A stretch of DNA of 64,000 nucleotides from Notoacmeibacter sp. (GTDB taxonomy: Bacteria; Pseudomonadota; Alphaproteobacteria; Rhizobiales; Rhizobiaceae): the NCBI GenBank assembly GCA_019912385.1, contig JAIOIW010000082.1:3515-67514 (forward strand), written 5' to 3'. Position 1 is the first letter of the stretch. Every line of letters begins with the position of its first letter. The translations under genes were made by a program, and so were the position numbers. The notes under the pieces are model-generated. The model was not told the DNA's origin. It searched no databases and saw nothing but the letters and a program-made list of their open reading frames with translations. Positions 19,407 to 29,207 of the stretch are shown one piece after another.

Positions 19407-21068
19407 TCATCCTGGCGGAAGCCTGGAATCCTGACAGGCATGCGTATTGTCTTGTCCGGCAATCTCCAGGGTGGGCAATTGCGATGGCGCCGATCCGGTG
19501 GAGAACCAGTCCTGACCGGGAATGGCCGCCAAAAGTTCCTCGACATAGCGGTGGCGGTCGGTCTCCAGGACATCCTTCGGCGTTCCCCTGGCGAGGGTCT
19601 TCCCGCCTCGCATCACCACGATGCTGTCACAGATCTCTGCCGCAACCCGCAGGTCATGCGTTATGAAAACGATGGTAAGATCGCGTTTTTTCTTGAGGTC
19701 CTCGAAGAGCTTCAACATCTGCTTCTGCACCGAAACGTCCAACGCTGACAGCGCCTCGTCGGCGATCAGCACCCGCGGGTTTGCCGCCAGTGCGCGGGCG
19801 ATGCAGACGCGCTGGCGTTGTCCCCCCGACAATTCATGCGGGAAGCGGTCCGCGAACTTGCGATCGAGCTTCACATCGTCGAGCAATGACAGCACCTTGT
19901 CATTGGCCGCGGCTCGCGGGCAGCCATTGACCCGTACGACGTCCATCAACGTCCGGCCGATCGTGTGGCGCGGGTTAAGGGCAGCCGTCGGATCCTGGAA
20001 GACCATCTGCATGAGATGACGCCGCCGCCGCCTTTGCGGCAAGGCAAGTTGCATTATATCGGTGCCATCGACAACGAGTTCACCATCATCCGGTTCTTCC
20101 AGCCCGATCAGGCACTTGGCGAAGGTCGATTTTCCCGAGCCGCTTTCGCCGACGATGCCGAGCGTTTCGCCTGGCAGGAGGTCGATCGATACGTCATCCA
20201 GCGCCACGAACCGGCCCTTGAACACCTTTCGCAGCGATCTGGCGGAGATGAGCGGGTCTGAGTCCAGTGCCCCGGAGCGGGGATGCCAATGCGGAACTGC
20301 GGCGATCAGTGTCCTGGTATAGTCGTTGCGCGGATTCTTAAGGACGCCTTCGAGCGGCCCCTGCTCCACGATGCGGCCATGGCGAAGAACCACGACATCG
20401 TCGGCGATTTCCGCGACGACTCCGAAGTCGTGAGTGATGAACAGGACCGCCGTTCCGAAATTCTCCTTCAATTCCTCGATCAACTGCAGTACCTGCGCCT
20501 GGGTCGTCACGTCGAGTGCCGTGGTCGGCTCGTCGGCAATCAGGAGATCCGGATTCAGCGCCATCGCCATGGAAATCATGACACGCTGGCGCTGCCCTCC
20601 GGAAAGCTCGAACGGGTAGGCGTCAAGAATGCGGCGCGGGTTTGGCAGGTGCGCCAGTTCGAGCAATTGCCGCATTCGCGCTTCGCGCCCGGTCTCGGGT
20701 TCGACGCCATGGGCGGAAAACACCTCGTCGAACTGCGTCCGGATCCTTCTGACGGGATTGAGGGCCGACGTCGGGTCCTGGAAGATCATGCTGATGCGCC
20801 TGCCGCGCAGGTCGCGCATCGCTTTCGGCCCAAGCTCCGGGAGGCTTGTGCCCCGGAAACGGATGTCTCCGCCGGTGATCGCCAGCCGGGTACCCGGCAA
20901 GAGGCCCACCACCGCATTGGCGATCATCGATTTGCCGGAGCCGCTCTCGCCGACCAGACAGACCGTCTTGCCCGCCTCGACAGAGAAGGTGACGTTATCG
21001 ACGATGGGCACTTCCCGCCGGAGGCTTACGAAGAGATCGCGGACTTCAAGGACGGGACCGGCCATCAC
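19407..21068 (-). CDS. Fused double ATPase of a peptide/opine-type ABC importer (DppD/DppF-like)
   Basis: 553 aa with two Walker A motifs (GESGSGKS twice), two LSGGQRQR signatures and Walker B motifs (LLIADEPT, VLIADEAL). Confidence 0.9.
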   Translation of the reverse strand: MMAGPVLEVRDLFVSLRREVPIVDNVTFSVEAGKTVCLVGESGSGKSMIANAVVGLLPGTRLAITGGDIRFRGTSLPELGPKAMRDLRGRRISMIFQDPTSALNPVRRIRTQFDEVFSAHGVEPETGREARMRQLLELAHLPNPRRILDAYPFELSGGQRQRVMISMAMALNPDLLIADEPTTALDVTTQAQVLQLIEELKENFGTAVLFITHDFGVVAEIADDVVVLRHGRIVEQGPLEGVLKNPRNDYTRTLIAAVPHWHPRSGALDSDPLISARSLRKVFKGRFVALDDVSIDLLPGETLGIVGESGSGKSTFAKCLIGLEEPDDGELVVDGTDIMQLALPQRRRRRHLMQMVFQDPTAALNPRHTIGRTLMDVVRVNGCPRAAANDKVLSLLDDVKLDRKFADRFPHELSGGQRQRVCIARALAANPRVLIADEALSALDVSVQKQMLKLFEDLKKKRDLTIVFITHDLRVAAEICDSIVVMRGGKTLARGTPKDVLETDRHRYVEELLAAIPGQDWFSTGSAPSQLPTLEIAGQDNTHACQDSRLPPG

Positions 21069-21904
21069 TTCGATTCCCTGCGCTCGAAATGCGGATCCTG
21101 GCTGTCACCGATGGCATCGCCGAGGATGCTGATCGATACGATCGTCAACATGATCGCGAAGCCAGGCAGGAAGGTGAGCCACCAGCTTTGCGACATGACA
21201 CCGCGCCCGGCGCTGATCAGGTAACCCCAACTGACAACCTTCGGGTCACCGAGACCGACGAAGCTCAAGGCGCTTTCGAACAGGATCGCCATGGACACCA
21301 TCAGGGCCGCCATGACGGTAAGCGGCGACAGGATATTGGGGAATATCTGGGACCAGGCGACGCGGAGGTTCGACTGCCCGGAGAGCAAGGCAGCCTGAAC
21401 GAATTCACGCCTGCGCATGGAGAGAAACTCCGCGCGCGCCAACCGGGCGACGGGCGGCCAGCTGACGACGCTGATCGCGATCATGATGGAAAAAGTCGAT
21501 GGCGTGTAGATCGCGATCAACAGGATGGCGAGCGCGAAACTGGGAACAGTCTGGAACATTTCCGTGCTGCGCATCAGGGCGCTGTCGACCCGACCACCGA
21601 AGAACCCCGCGACCGCTCCGATGCTGGCGCCGAAGACGGTTGCCACGCAGGTCGAAACGAGGCCGATTGCCAGCGAGGTCCGCGCCCCGAACATCAGCGA
21701 GGCCAGCAGATCGCGACCGAGCGCATCGGTGCCGAGCGGGTGGCGCATGTCGGCGAAGGGCGCAAGCAGAGGACGGGCGACCATGCGCCATGGTCCGTCG
21801 GGATAGGCGACCGGTGCCAGCAACCCCGCCAGGACGATCGCGCACAGGATGGCGAGCGCGAGCACGGCATCGGGCTTCGAAAACAACGATTTCCAGATGA
21901 GCAT
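21065..21904 (-). CDS. ABC transporter permease (DppC-like)
   Basis: ATG 21904 gives MLIWKSLFSKPDAVLALAILCAIVLAGLLAP. Multi-span membrane protein. The upstream part of the track ORF is Arg/Pro-rich and overlaps the preceding gene. Confidence 0.85.
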   Translation of the reverse strand: MLIWKSLFSKPDAVLALAILCAIVLAGLLAPVAYPDGPWRMVARPLLAPFADMRHPLGTDALGRDLLASLMFGARTSLAIGLVSTCVATVFGASIGAVAGFFGGRVDSALMRSTEMFQTVPSFALAILLIAIYTPSTFSIMIAISVVSWPPVARLARAEFLSMRRREFVQAALLSGQSNLRVAWSQIFPNILSPLTVMAALMVSMAILFESALSFVGLGDPKVVSWGYLISAGRGVMSQSWWLTFLPGFAIMLTIVSISILGDAIGDSQDPHFERRESK

Positions 21905-21915
21905 CGGGTTTCTCC

Positions 21916-22902
21916 TCAGGCGGCGCGGGTTCGCGGATCGACAAACCGGTAGAGAATGTCGACCAGGAGATTGGCCAGGATCACGATAACCGAGGTGACG
22001 ATGAAGACGCCGATCACGACGTTGTAGTCGCGGGAACCCAGCGCGTCGTACATCAGGCGGCCGATACCGGGCCAGGCAAACACGGTTTCGGTCAGGATCG
22101 TCCCCGCCACGAGTTGCCCTGCCTGGACGCCGGCCATGGTCGTGATCGGCAGCAGCGAGGTGCGCAGGACATGGCGGAACCATAACCTGGACGGCGCCAT
22201 GCCCCTAGCGTGTGCGGCCTTTACGAACAGGGCATTGGCGGTGTCGATCATCGATGCCCGCACGAGGCGCGCGTAGATGGCCATGGTGAAGAGCGCCGAG
22301 GCCATTGCCGGCATGACCAGGTGGTGCAGGTAGTCGAGGATTGCGGCAATACCCGTGTAGCCTGCCCCGATCGTCTGTGTGCCATGAGAAGGAAGCCACC
22401 CGAGCTTGCCGGAGAAGAGCAGGATCGCCAGGAGGGCGACCCAGTAATAGGGCGAGGAAAAGAACAGCACCGAACCGATGGAGATGCAGCGGTCGATCCA
22501 CCGGCCGCGATGGACAGCGGCGACAAAGCCCGCTGTCGTGCCCATCACAAGGGCGAGGATGAATGCCGCTCCCGCCAGGATAAGGGTATTGGGAAGGCGC
22601 TCCGCGATCATGTCGAACACGGGCCGTCCCTCGCGATAGGACTGGCCGAAATCAAGGCTCGCGAGGTTCCTGAAATAGTAGCCGAGTTGCACGGGCAAGG
22701 ACCGGTCGAGCCCCATCTGCTGACGCAGGTAATCGATATATTCGGGATCGCCAGAGGCAGCCTCGCCGGCGATGAATGATGCCGGATCGCCCGGTGCCGC
22801 CCGCACAAGGAGAAATGTCCCGGTGATGACGAACACGATGACGACGATGCGTTTGGCGATTTCGGACACGACAGTCTTGAGCAAGGCATTCACTCCAGGC
22901 AA
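21916..22902 (-). CDS. ABC transporter permease (DppB-like)
   Basis: 328 aa, a typical binding-protein-dependent transport permease (LVRAAPGDP ... VDPRTR C-terminus). Confidence 0.85.
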   Translation of the reverse strand: MPGVNALLKTVVSEIAKRIVVIVFVITGTFLLVRAAPGDPASFIAGEAASGDPEYIDYLRQQMGLDRSLPVQLGYYFRNLASLDFGQSYREGRPVFDMIAERLPNTLILAGAAFILALVMGTTAGFVAAVHRGRWIDRCISIGSVLFFSSPYYWVALLAILLFSGKLGWLPSHGTQTIGAGYTGIAAILDYLHHLVMPAMASALFTMAIYARLVRASMIDTANALFVKAAHARGMAPSRLWFRHVLRTSLLPITTMAGVQAGQLVAGTILTETVFAWPGIGRLMYDALGSRDYNVVIGVFIVTSVIVILANLLVDILYRFVDPRTRAA

Positions 22903-22944
22903 ACCCGGCGGGCCGGCTCATTCGCCGGCCCGCCGAACTGATAC

Positions 22945-24495
22945 TCATTTCGCGATCCAGACGTTCTCGAAGCTGTCGCTGAGACCGAGAGCCGTGGTGA
23001 TCAGGTCCTTGACCTTCGTACGGTAGAGCGTCGGGAACTCGAGCTCGGCGGTCCAGCCCTGAACGGCGTCGTCGGCGATGATCTTCTGGGCCTCGGCATA
23101 GAGCGCGGCACGCTCATCAGCATCACCCACCGCATCGGCCTTCGCCATCAGCTCGTCCAGCTTGGGATTGGCGTAGCGGCCGACATTGTTCCAGGGAGAA
23201 CCGGCGACGTCGTTGTGCGAATAGAAATTGCGCGTCACGCCGACGGCCGGATCGCCATACTGGTAGAGGTAGATGTTGCCGAGGTCGTAGCTGCGCTCGG
23301 CGAGCTTCTTCAGGTAGCCGCCCACGTCGTTGTTGTCGAGCTCGACATTGAGGCCGATCTCCTTCCACGCCTGCACTTCGTATTCGGCAAGGCGCGCCCA
23401 GCTGGAACCGACCGGAGCGGTGCTGAGTTTCAGCACTTCCCCCTTGTAAGACGAGGCAGCAACCAGTGCCTTCGCCTTCTCGGCGTCGAATTCATAGCCA
23501 TTGACGGAGGGATCGAAGAAACGCGTCCGGGAATCGAACGCCCCGCGCGGCGGTGTCGCAAGGCCGTTGAAAACCACGTCGCGAATGAAATTCTTGTCCA
23601 GGGCATAATTCAAGGCCTGGCGCAGCTTCACGTCGTCGAGCGGCGCCTTTTGCGTATTGATCCACAGGAAGGCGTGAGGCGCCAGCATTTCCCAGCCCCT
23701 GGTCGTCGACTCGACACCATCCAGCCCGGCAAGGCGCGAAACATCGAACCCTTCCAGATTCGAGGCGGAGACGACATCGACGCTGCCTTCCTCGAAAGCA
23801 ACCGCACAGCCCTGCGCATCGGGGATGATCACAAAGTAGAGGTCGTCGAGATACGGCCTGGTCCCATCGCGATACTCGTCAAAGCGGCCGAGTTGGATGA
23901 AACTCCCCTTCTTCCATTCCTTGATATAGAACGCTCCGGTACCGATCGGTGTCGCGTTGGCGGGATTCTCCCGGAAATTGCCCTTCGAATAGAGATGGGA
24001 CGGAATGATCGGGAGGTTGCCGTAGTTCAGCATGTAGATGAAGGAAGGGATGCTTTCCTTCAGCGTGAACTTCACTTTGTGATCCGAGGTCGCTTCAACC
24101 TTTTCGATCTTGGCGGAGACCAGTTTCAGGCGATCGTTCTCCACCGAGAACACTTCGTAGGAGGTCACGACGTCAGCAGCCGTGAAGGGCTTTCCATCAT
24201 GCCATTTGGCGTTTTCGACCAGATTGAAAGTCCAGGTCAGCCCATCGTCGGACCGTTCCCAGGAACTGGCGAGCCACGGCTGCGGCTTCAGTTCGAAATC
24301 GAATTTGACGAGTGCTTCGTAGATCTTGCTCGAAACAATGCTGGCCGATCCCAGGCCCGAAAGGCCGGCCACTGCCGTCGGCGGTTCGGGAAACAGCGCG
24401 ACCTTCAGGGCCCCGCCCCTCTCCTGCGCGGCAAGCGGTGTGGCCAATGCCAGGGCCGCGGCAAAGGCGGCTGCAAGCAGAATTTTCAGTCTCAT
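22945..24495 (-). CDS. ABC substrate-binding protein, family 5 (peptide/nickel/opine type)
   Basis: ATG 24495 gives the signal peptide MRLKILLAAAFAAALALATPLAAQ; 516 aa. The upstream 143 codons of the track ORF are Arg-rich and unlikely to be translated. Confidence 0.85.
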   Translation of the reverse strand: MRLKILLAAAFAAALALATPLAAQERGGALKVALFPEPPTAVAGLSGLGSASIVSSKIYEALVKFDFELKPQPWLASSWERSDDGLTWTFNLVENAKWHDGKPFTAADVVTSYEVFSVENDRLKLVSAKIEKVEATSDHKVKFTLKESIPSFIYMLNYGNLPIIPSHLYSKGNFRENPANATPIGTGAFYIKEWKKGSFIQLGRFDEYRDGTRPYLDDLYFVIIPDAQGCAVAFEEGSVDVVSASNLEGFDVSRLAGLDGVESTTRGWEMLAPHAFLWINTQKAPLDDVKLRQALNYALDKNFIRDVVFNGLATPPRGAFDSRTRFFDPSVNGYEFDAEKAKALVAASSYKGEVLKLSTAPVGSSWARLAEYEVQAWKEIGLNVELDNNDVGGYLKKLAERSYDLGNIYLYQYGDPAVGVTRNFYSHNDVAGSPWNNVGRYANPKLDELMAKADAVGDADERAALYAEAQKIIADDAVQGWTAELEFPTLYRTKVKDLITTALGLSDSFENVWIAK

Positions 24496-24572
24496 ATATT
24501 CACTCCTCCAACGGTCTGTTCGTGGGCTCCCGTTTCGAAAGCCGGTTCGTGCTTCCGGTTCTACTTTTTCGT

Positions 24573-26768
24573 CTACCCGGCTGACCGGAATGGCGCCGGA
24601 TCGAGGAAGCGGTTGATGACATTCGCCGTCATGCGGACGACGTCGTTGCGGCCTTTCGTGTCGCCGCCGTCTAGCAGTGCGCCAACCCAGGTCATGGACC
24701 CGACCGAAAAGACCGCGCCGGACCGGCCGGCGAACCGGATCGCAATGTCCGACCGCGCCTTGGGATCGTCGAACGGGAGAACGGTCGAGAGCATTTCTTC
24801 CTTGGTACGGAGCATGGACGGGGGATGGCCGAGGCTGCTCGCGACAAGGTGAATGTCGGCATCGGGTGCAAGGCGTCGTTCCACCCGATCGACTTCCTGG
24901 CCCGCCGCACCATTGCCGAGCCATCCGTGATGGCCCAACGTGTCGCCGATACCGTCAAGGGCGAACGCAGCCAGACCGGAGCGCGCATCCGGATTGACCT
25001 TGTAGTATCCGCTCTCGTCGAAACCCTGCGCGGCAAAACCGACGCCCGCCAGCCGGTTCGGCGGACGGCCAAGCCGCCGCCAGAGCCCGCCATAGCCCCC
25101 GTCCATCATGTGGTGACCTTCGCCGGGCTCGGCGATCCACGCCCGCGTGCCGTCTTCGGTGCGGCGCACCTCGATCTGTCCGGGTACGCGGTTGGAAACG
25201 CTCACCCGCCAGTAGAAGCCATTGCCGCCGAGATAGAGGAGACGCCCGCCATCGTCGCAATAGGCGTCAAGCGCATCGAGCATCTCCGTGGAGTAGTACT
25301 CGGGGTGATTTCCAGTGACGACGACCCGGTGACCAGCAAGCGCGTCGATACCTTCGCGGTGCAGGTCCTCGTCCGTGAGCACGTCGACTTGGCCGTACTG
25401 CTCCATGAGCCAGGTCAACAGCCACGTATCCGGGATCAGGCCCCATGGCAGGCTGCCAAAGCGCATCGAGAGCACCGGCCTGAGACGGGAGGAAAGCATG
25501 ACCGGCGAACCGTCGTCATGACGGTCGTAATGCGATCGGCCGAATCCCGGATGCCCATCGACCGGTTGCTCGTCGGGATAGGACGCAATCCCGTGGTCGG
25601 GCCCGCGCATCACCATTGGCGCGTTGCCGTAGGACAGATAGGTGAATGTCGGTAAAAGCAGCGCAACGGGCGCCCTTGAACCGATGGGCGAGCGGACTAC
25701 GAACGGGACCACGTCCGATCCGCGCTCCGTTTCGAGCGAGATGCCGTAAAGGCCCGACGCGCAATCCTGTGGAATTTCCAACTTGAGGGCATCCGGCCAT
25801 CGGCAATCCGCAAGGTCGTCGGAATGAAAATGCACCGCGTTGTAGTGATCCGGCCGCTGCCGCCAGTCGAAGACCGATCCATCCCAAAAGGGTCCAGTGA
25901 TCGCGCGCGTGGGCGTGTTGACCAACACGGCGTCGCAGCGAGCAGGACCGGCATCGACGACGCGGTCGCTTTCCGGGAACCGCGAGAAATCCCATCGCGT
26001 CTGGATTGCGGCTGCACCATGGGCGCGTGTAATGCGACGCCATCCCTCTGGCCCCCCTGCCAGGGCCGACGCGACCTCCTGGGCGTCCACTGCCGCCAGC
26101 ATCGGGTCGGCGAAACGTCCGTCGACTGCCCCACCCGGGATGCCGCCGGTCACGCAGGCGCCGAGAGAAAGGGACCGCGCCATTTCCAACCCGCCAAGCT
26201 GGCGCGCGTCGCCGGCGACGCTGACATCTCCGTGTAGCGGCGCAACGGCCAGCAGTGCTCCGCCCGTCGGCCGCGCAAAGGTCGCCGCGATCGCCATCCA
26301 TCGGCCGCGTTCAAGCGGATACCCGGTGCGCAGCAGCGTCGCACTCGCGGCATCCACGATGGCGACGTGCCGGTCTTCATCGACCCACAATCCGCCCAGG
26401 GAAATGCCTTCCCCATCATAGAACTGCGCGATTGCTTGTCTCCGTCCGCTCTTCGAGGTCGGCATGAACAGGAGACCGAAGGTCTTCGTCGCCGAGCCGC
26501 GCGCGACCTCCGAAACCGGAGCCATGGCATAGGAGCCAAGCGGAACCTCGTGGTGAATCCCGTCCAGAGCCACATCTTCGAAACCTTCGGCATTCGCGAG
26601 GCTCACTATCGGGCCGGTTTCCTGCGACCAGGTGACACTTTCGATTGTGCGGACGCCAAGGCGCACCTGCCTGGCGGTGGTGGAGACCTTGACCCGCAAT
26701 GTCTCGCCCGCTGTCACAGCGATCGGATCGGTATACCCGACGGCGTCCTTGGTCCGCGAAGCGCTCAT
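24573..26768 (-). CDS. N,N-dimethylformamidase large (beta) subunit family protein
   Basis: 731 aa. By-eye collinearity with my recollection of the DMFase large subunit: GYTDPIAVTAGETLRVKVS; RWDFS; FHSDDLADCRWPDALKLEIP; LLPTFTYLSYGN; VVTGNHPEYYS...DDGGRLLYLGGNGFYWRV; FSVGSMTWVGAL...NVINRFLD. Confidence 0.8.
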   Translation of the reverse strand: MSASRTKDAVGYTDPIAVTAGETLRVKVSTTARQVRLGVRTIESVTWSQETGPIVSLANAEGFEDVALDGIHHEVPLGSYAMAPVSEVARGSATKTFGLLFMPTSKSGRRQAIAQFYDGEGISLGGLWVDEDRHVAIVDAASATLLRTGYPLERGRWMAIAATFARPTGGALLAVAPLHGDVSVAGDARQLGGLEMARSLSLGACVTGGIPGGAVDGRFADPMLAAVDAQEVASALAGGPEGWRRITRAHGAAAIQTRWDFSRFPESDRVVDAGPARCDAVLVNTPTRAITGPFWDGSVFDWRQRPDHYNAVHFHSDDLADCRWPDALKLEIPQDCASGLYGISLETERGSDVVPFVVRSPIGSRAPVALLLPTFTYLSYGNAPMVMRGPDHGIASYPDEQPVDGHPGFGRSHYDRHDDGSPVMLSSRLRPVLSMRFGSLPWGLIPDTWLLTWLMEQYGQVDVLTDEDLHREGIDALAGHRVVVTGNHPEYYSTEMLDALDAYCDDGGRLLYLGGNGFYWRVSVSNRVPGQIEVRRTEDGTRAWIAEPGEGHHMMDGGYGGLWRRLGRPPNRLAGVGFAAQGFDESGYYKVNPDARSGLAAFALDGIGDTLGHHGWLGNGAAGQEVDRVERRLAPDADIHLVASSLGHPPSMLRTKEEMLSTVLPFDDPKARSDIAIRFAGRSGAVFSVGSMTWVGALLDGGDTKGRNDVVRMTANVINRFLDPAPFRSAG

Positions 26769-26775
26769 GATGACC

Positions 26776-27399
26776 TCATATCCTTTTCATGTATGCGGGC
26801 ATGTCAGGGCCGAGATGCGCCGATCCGTAGACCGTGCGCGAAGGGTAGTATTCGGCATTGTGCTGCACCGCGCAGGCAACCTCCGCGCCGGCCGTTTCCG
26901 CGATGAAATGCAGCATCAGGTCCACACCCGCGGAGACGCCGCCGCTCGACCAGACATTGCCGTCGCGGACGAAACGCTCCTCGACCACCGAGACCCCTGC
27001 TTCGCGCAAGCGGCCAAGGACCTTCCAGTGCGACGTCGCCCTGCGGTTTTCCAGGAGGCCGGCGGCCAGCAGGATGAAGCTGCCGGAGCAGACCGAAAGT
27101 ATGTTTTTGCCTTCACCACCATTGTTTCGGACGAAGCCGACGAGGTTTTCGTTGCGCATCTCGTTGAAGGCGGCGAAGCCTCCCGGCACGACCAGCGCGT
27201 CGAGCGAAGGACAGGTCGAAAAATCGTGGTCCGCGGCGATCCCCAGGCCTTTCGCACAACGCACGGTCCCTCGTTCCTGGGCGACGACAAGGCATTCGGG
27301 ACCGCCGGCATAGGCGTTCCACATTGTCGCCATTTCCCACGGACCAACGAGGTCGAGTTCTTCGACGCCGGTATAGGCTAGAAAGCCGAGCCGTTTCAT
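26776..27399 (-). CDS. DJ-1/PfpI-family protein, isocyanide-hydratase (ICH/InhA)-like subgroup
   Basis: 207 aa. Shows LGFLAYTGVEELDLVGP, ALVVPGG, the nucleophile elbow SVCSGSFILLAAGLLENRRATSHW, and RDGNVWSSGGVSAGVDLML. Confidence 0.85.
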   Translation of the reverse strand: MKRLGFLAYTGVEELDLVGPWEMATMWNAYAGGPECLVVAQERGTVRCAKGLGIAADHDFSTCPSLDALVVPGGFAAFNEMRNENLVGFVRNNGGEGKNILSVCSGSFILLAAGLLENRRATSHWKVLGRLREAGVSVVEERFVRDGNVWSSGGVSAGVDLMLHFIAETAGAEVACAVQHNAEYYPSRTVYGSAHLGPDMPAYMKRI

Positions 27400-27908
27400 C
27401 CCTTCGCCTCGCCGGTCATCTCGGGGCGGCGTTCGACCTCGTCACCGTTGACCACCATGAACAGCCAGTCGGCGACTGCGGCAGGCTTTTCCTTTCCCTG
27501 GATCTCGATCGTCATCTCGATCGTGACCAGGAACCGGCCCGGTCCGCGATCCTCGATCTTTTTCAGTTTCGCGATGCCGCGGATCGAAGTTCCGACCTCG
27601 ACCGGCGCCATGAGGCGGACCCGGTCAAAGCCATAATTGAGTTTGTAAGCCTCCCTGGAGCCCCGTTTCAGGATCTCGTTGATCATGGCGGTCATCATTG
27701 AGATGGTCTGAAAGCCATAGACAATCGTCACGCCGAAGGGGCTGTGATCCCTCGCCCAGACCGGGTCCATGTGCATGGCGTCGACATCCCTCGTCAGGCG
27801 GCCGAACGCGTCGATATCCATCTGGTCTATGGCATGCCAACTGGATCGGCCGATCTCCTGGCCGAGGTGCTGCTGTAGGGATGTCCGGTCGGATAGATCG
27901 ATACGCAA
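27396..27908 (-). CDS. MaoC-like (R)-hydratase/dehydratase, hot-dog fold
   Basis: 170 aa (IDAFGRLTRDVDAMHMDPVWARDHSPFGVTIVYGFQTISMM). The stop overlaps the ATG of the DJ-1 gene (ATGA). Confidence 0.8.
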   Translation of the reverse strand: MRIDLSDRTSLQQHLGQEIGRSSWHAIDQMDIDAFGRLTRDVDAMHMDPVWARDHSPFGVTIVYGFQTISMMTAMINEILKRGSREAYKLNYGFDRVRLMAPVEVGTSIRGIAKLKKIEDRGPGRFLVTIEMTIEIQGKEKPAAVADWLFMVVNGDEVERRPEMTGEAKG

Positions 27909-27917
27909 TTGTTTCTC

Positions 27918-29207
27918 CTAGGAATCAAAGGCAATTGAAGGCAGCCAAAGGGCCAGTTCTGGAAAAGCCATCAGGATCAGGATCATGAGAAAAATGACGG
28001 CGGCGAACGGGATCGACCCCACGATGACGTCGCTGAGCGGACCGTTCTTGCGCACGCCCTGCACGACGTAGAGGTTCATGCCGATCGGAGGCGTGATCAG
28101 CGCCGCTTCCAGCAGCAGGGTCAGGACGATACCGAACCAGATCGAATCATAGCCGAGGGAGACCACGATCGGGACGATGATCGGAACCGTCACCAGGAGG
28201 ATCGAAAAGCCCTCCATGAAGCAGCCGAGCACGAGGTAGAAGATGACAATGGCAATCATCAGAAATGTCGGGCTGAGATCGAGGGCGACCACGATATCGA
28301 CAATTTGCCTGGAGATGCCGAGGAAGGTCATAACGAAGTTCAGCAGCAGAGCGGTCATGATGATCGCGGTGACCATGGCGGTCGTGCGCATCGTTCCCTC
28401 GATTGCGTCTGTCAGCATCGCGACCGTGAGCCTGCGGTGCGACGCCGCCAGCCCCAGAGCCCCGACGACACCGAACGCGGCCGCCTCGGTGGGCGTTGCG
28501 ATGCCGACATAGATCGTCACGACGACCAGCCCGAAAATGAACAGGGGCGGGAAGAGATCCGGCACCGCCCGCAGGCGGCGGGACCATGACGTCTCGACAG
28601 GCCTCCCTCCCGCCGACGGGCGCACGATGCAGACGCCGGCGATCAGCAACATGAACAGTCCGGCAAGGACGATGCCCGGCAGCATGCCCGCCATGTAAAG
28701 GCGCGGAATGGAGGTTTCGGTCAAAGCGCCGTACACGATCAGCGAGACCGAGGGAGGAATGAGGATGCCGAGGGTCCCACCGGCCGCGAGCGAACCGAGG
28801 AAAAGGCGCGGGCTGTATCCGTGTTTCTCGATCTCCGGCGCCGACACCGTCCCGATCGTCGCCGCGGTGGCGACGCTCGAGCCCGATGAAGCGGCAAACA
28901 GCGCGCACGCGCCGATATTGGCATGTATCGTGCCGCCCGGCAGCCATGACAGCCATTCGACCAGGGCCGCATACATCCGCTCTGCGATGCCGGCGCGCAG
29001 GAGGATCTCGCCGAGCAGGATGAAGAACGGGATCGCGACCAGCGTGTCGGAGGACATGGACTGCCAACCGACTTCACCGATCATCAGGTCGAGCGGCACC
29101 GGGGTGAAGACCCACATCAGCAAGAAGGCGAGGACGCCAAGGGAGGCGGCGACCGAGATCGACAGGGCAAGCGTGCCGAGAAGCATGAGAACGGTGGTCG
29201 CGATCAC
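27918..29207 (-). CDS. TRAP transporter large permease (DctM family)
   Basis: 429 aa polytopic membrane protein that overlaps the stop of the DctQ-like gene. Confidence 0.85.
   Translation of the reverse strand: MIATTVLMLLGTLALSISVAASLGVLAFLLMWVFTPVPLDLMIGEVGWQSMSSDTLVAIPFFILLGEILLRAGIAERMYAALVEWLSWLPGGTIHANIGACALFAASSGSSVATAATIGTVSAPEIEKHGYSPRLFLGSLAAGGTLGILIPPSVSLIVYGALTETSIPRLYMAGMLPGIVLAGLFMLLIAGVCIVRPSAGGRPVETSWSRRLRAVPDLFPPLFIFGLVVVTIYVGIATPTEAAAFGVVGALGLAASHRRLTVAMLTDAIEGTMRTTAMVTAIIMTALLLNFVMTFLGISRQIVDIVVALDLSPTFLMIAIVIFYLVLGCFMEGFSILLVTVPIIVPIVVSLGYDSIWFGIVLTLLLEAALITPPIGMNLYVVQGVRKNGPLSDVIVGSIPFAAVIFLMILILMAFPELALWLPSIAFDS

Noticed and set aside
24496-24924. Long N-terminal extensions of track ORFs. 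Examples: SBP 22945-24924, DppC-like 21065-22183, DctM 14541-16157, DctQ 15830-16684, M20 18121-19410.
   Set aside because: The extensions are Arg/Pro-rich, overlap the preceding gene, and precede an internal Met or Val that yields a normal signal peptide or family-typical N-terminus. I used the shorter starts.
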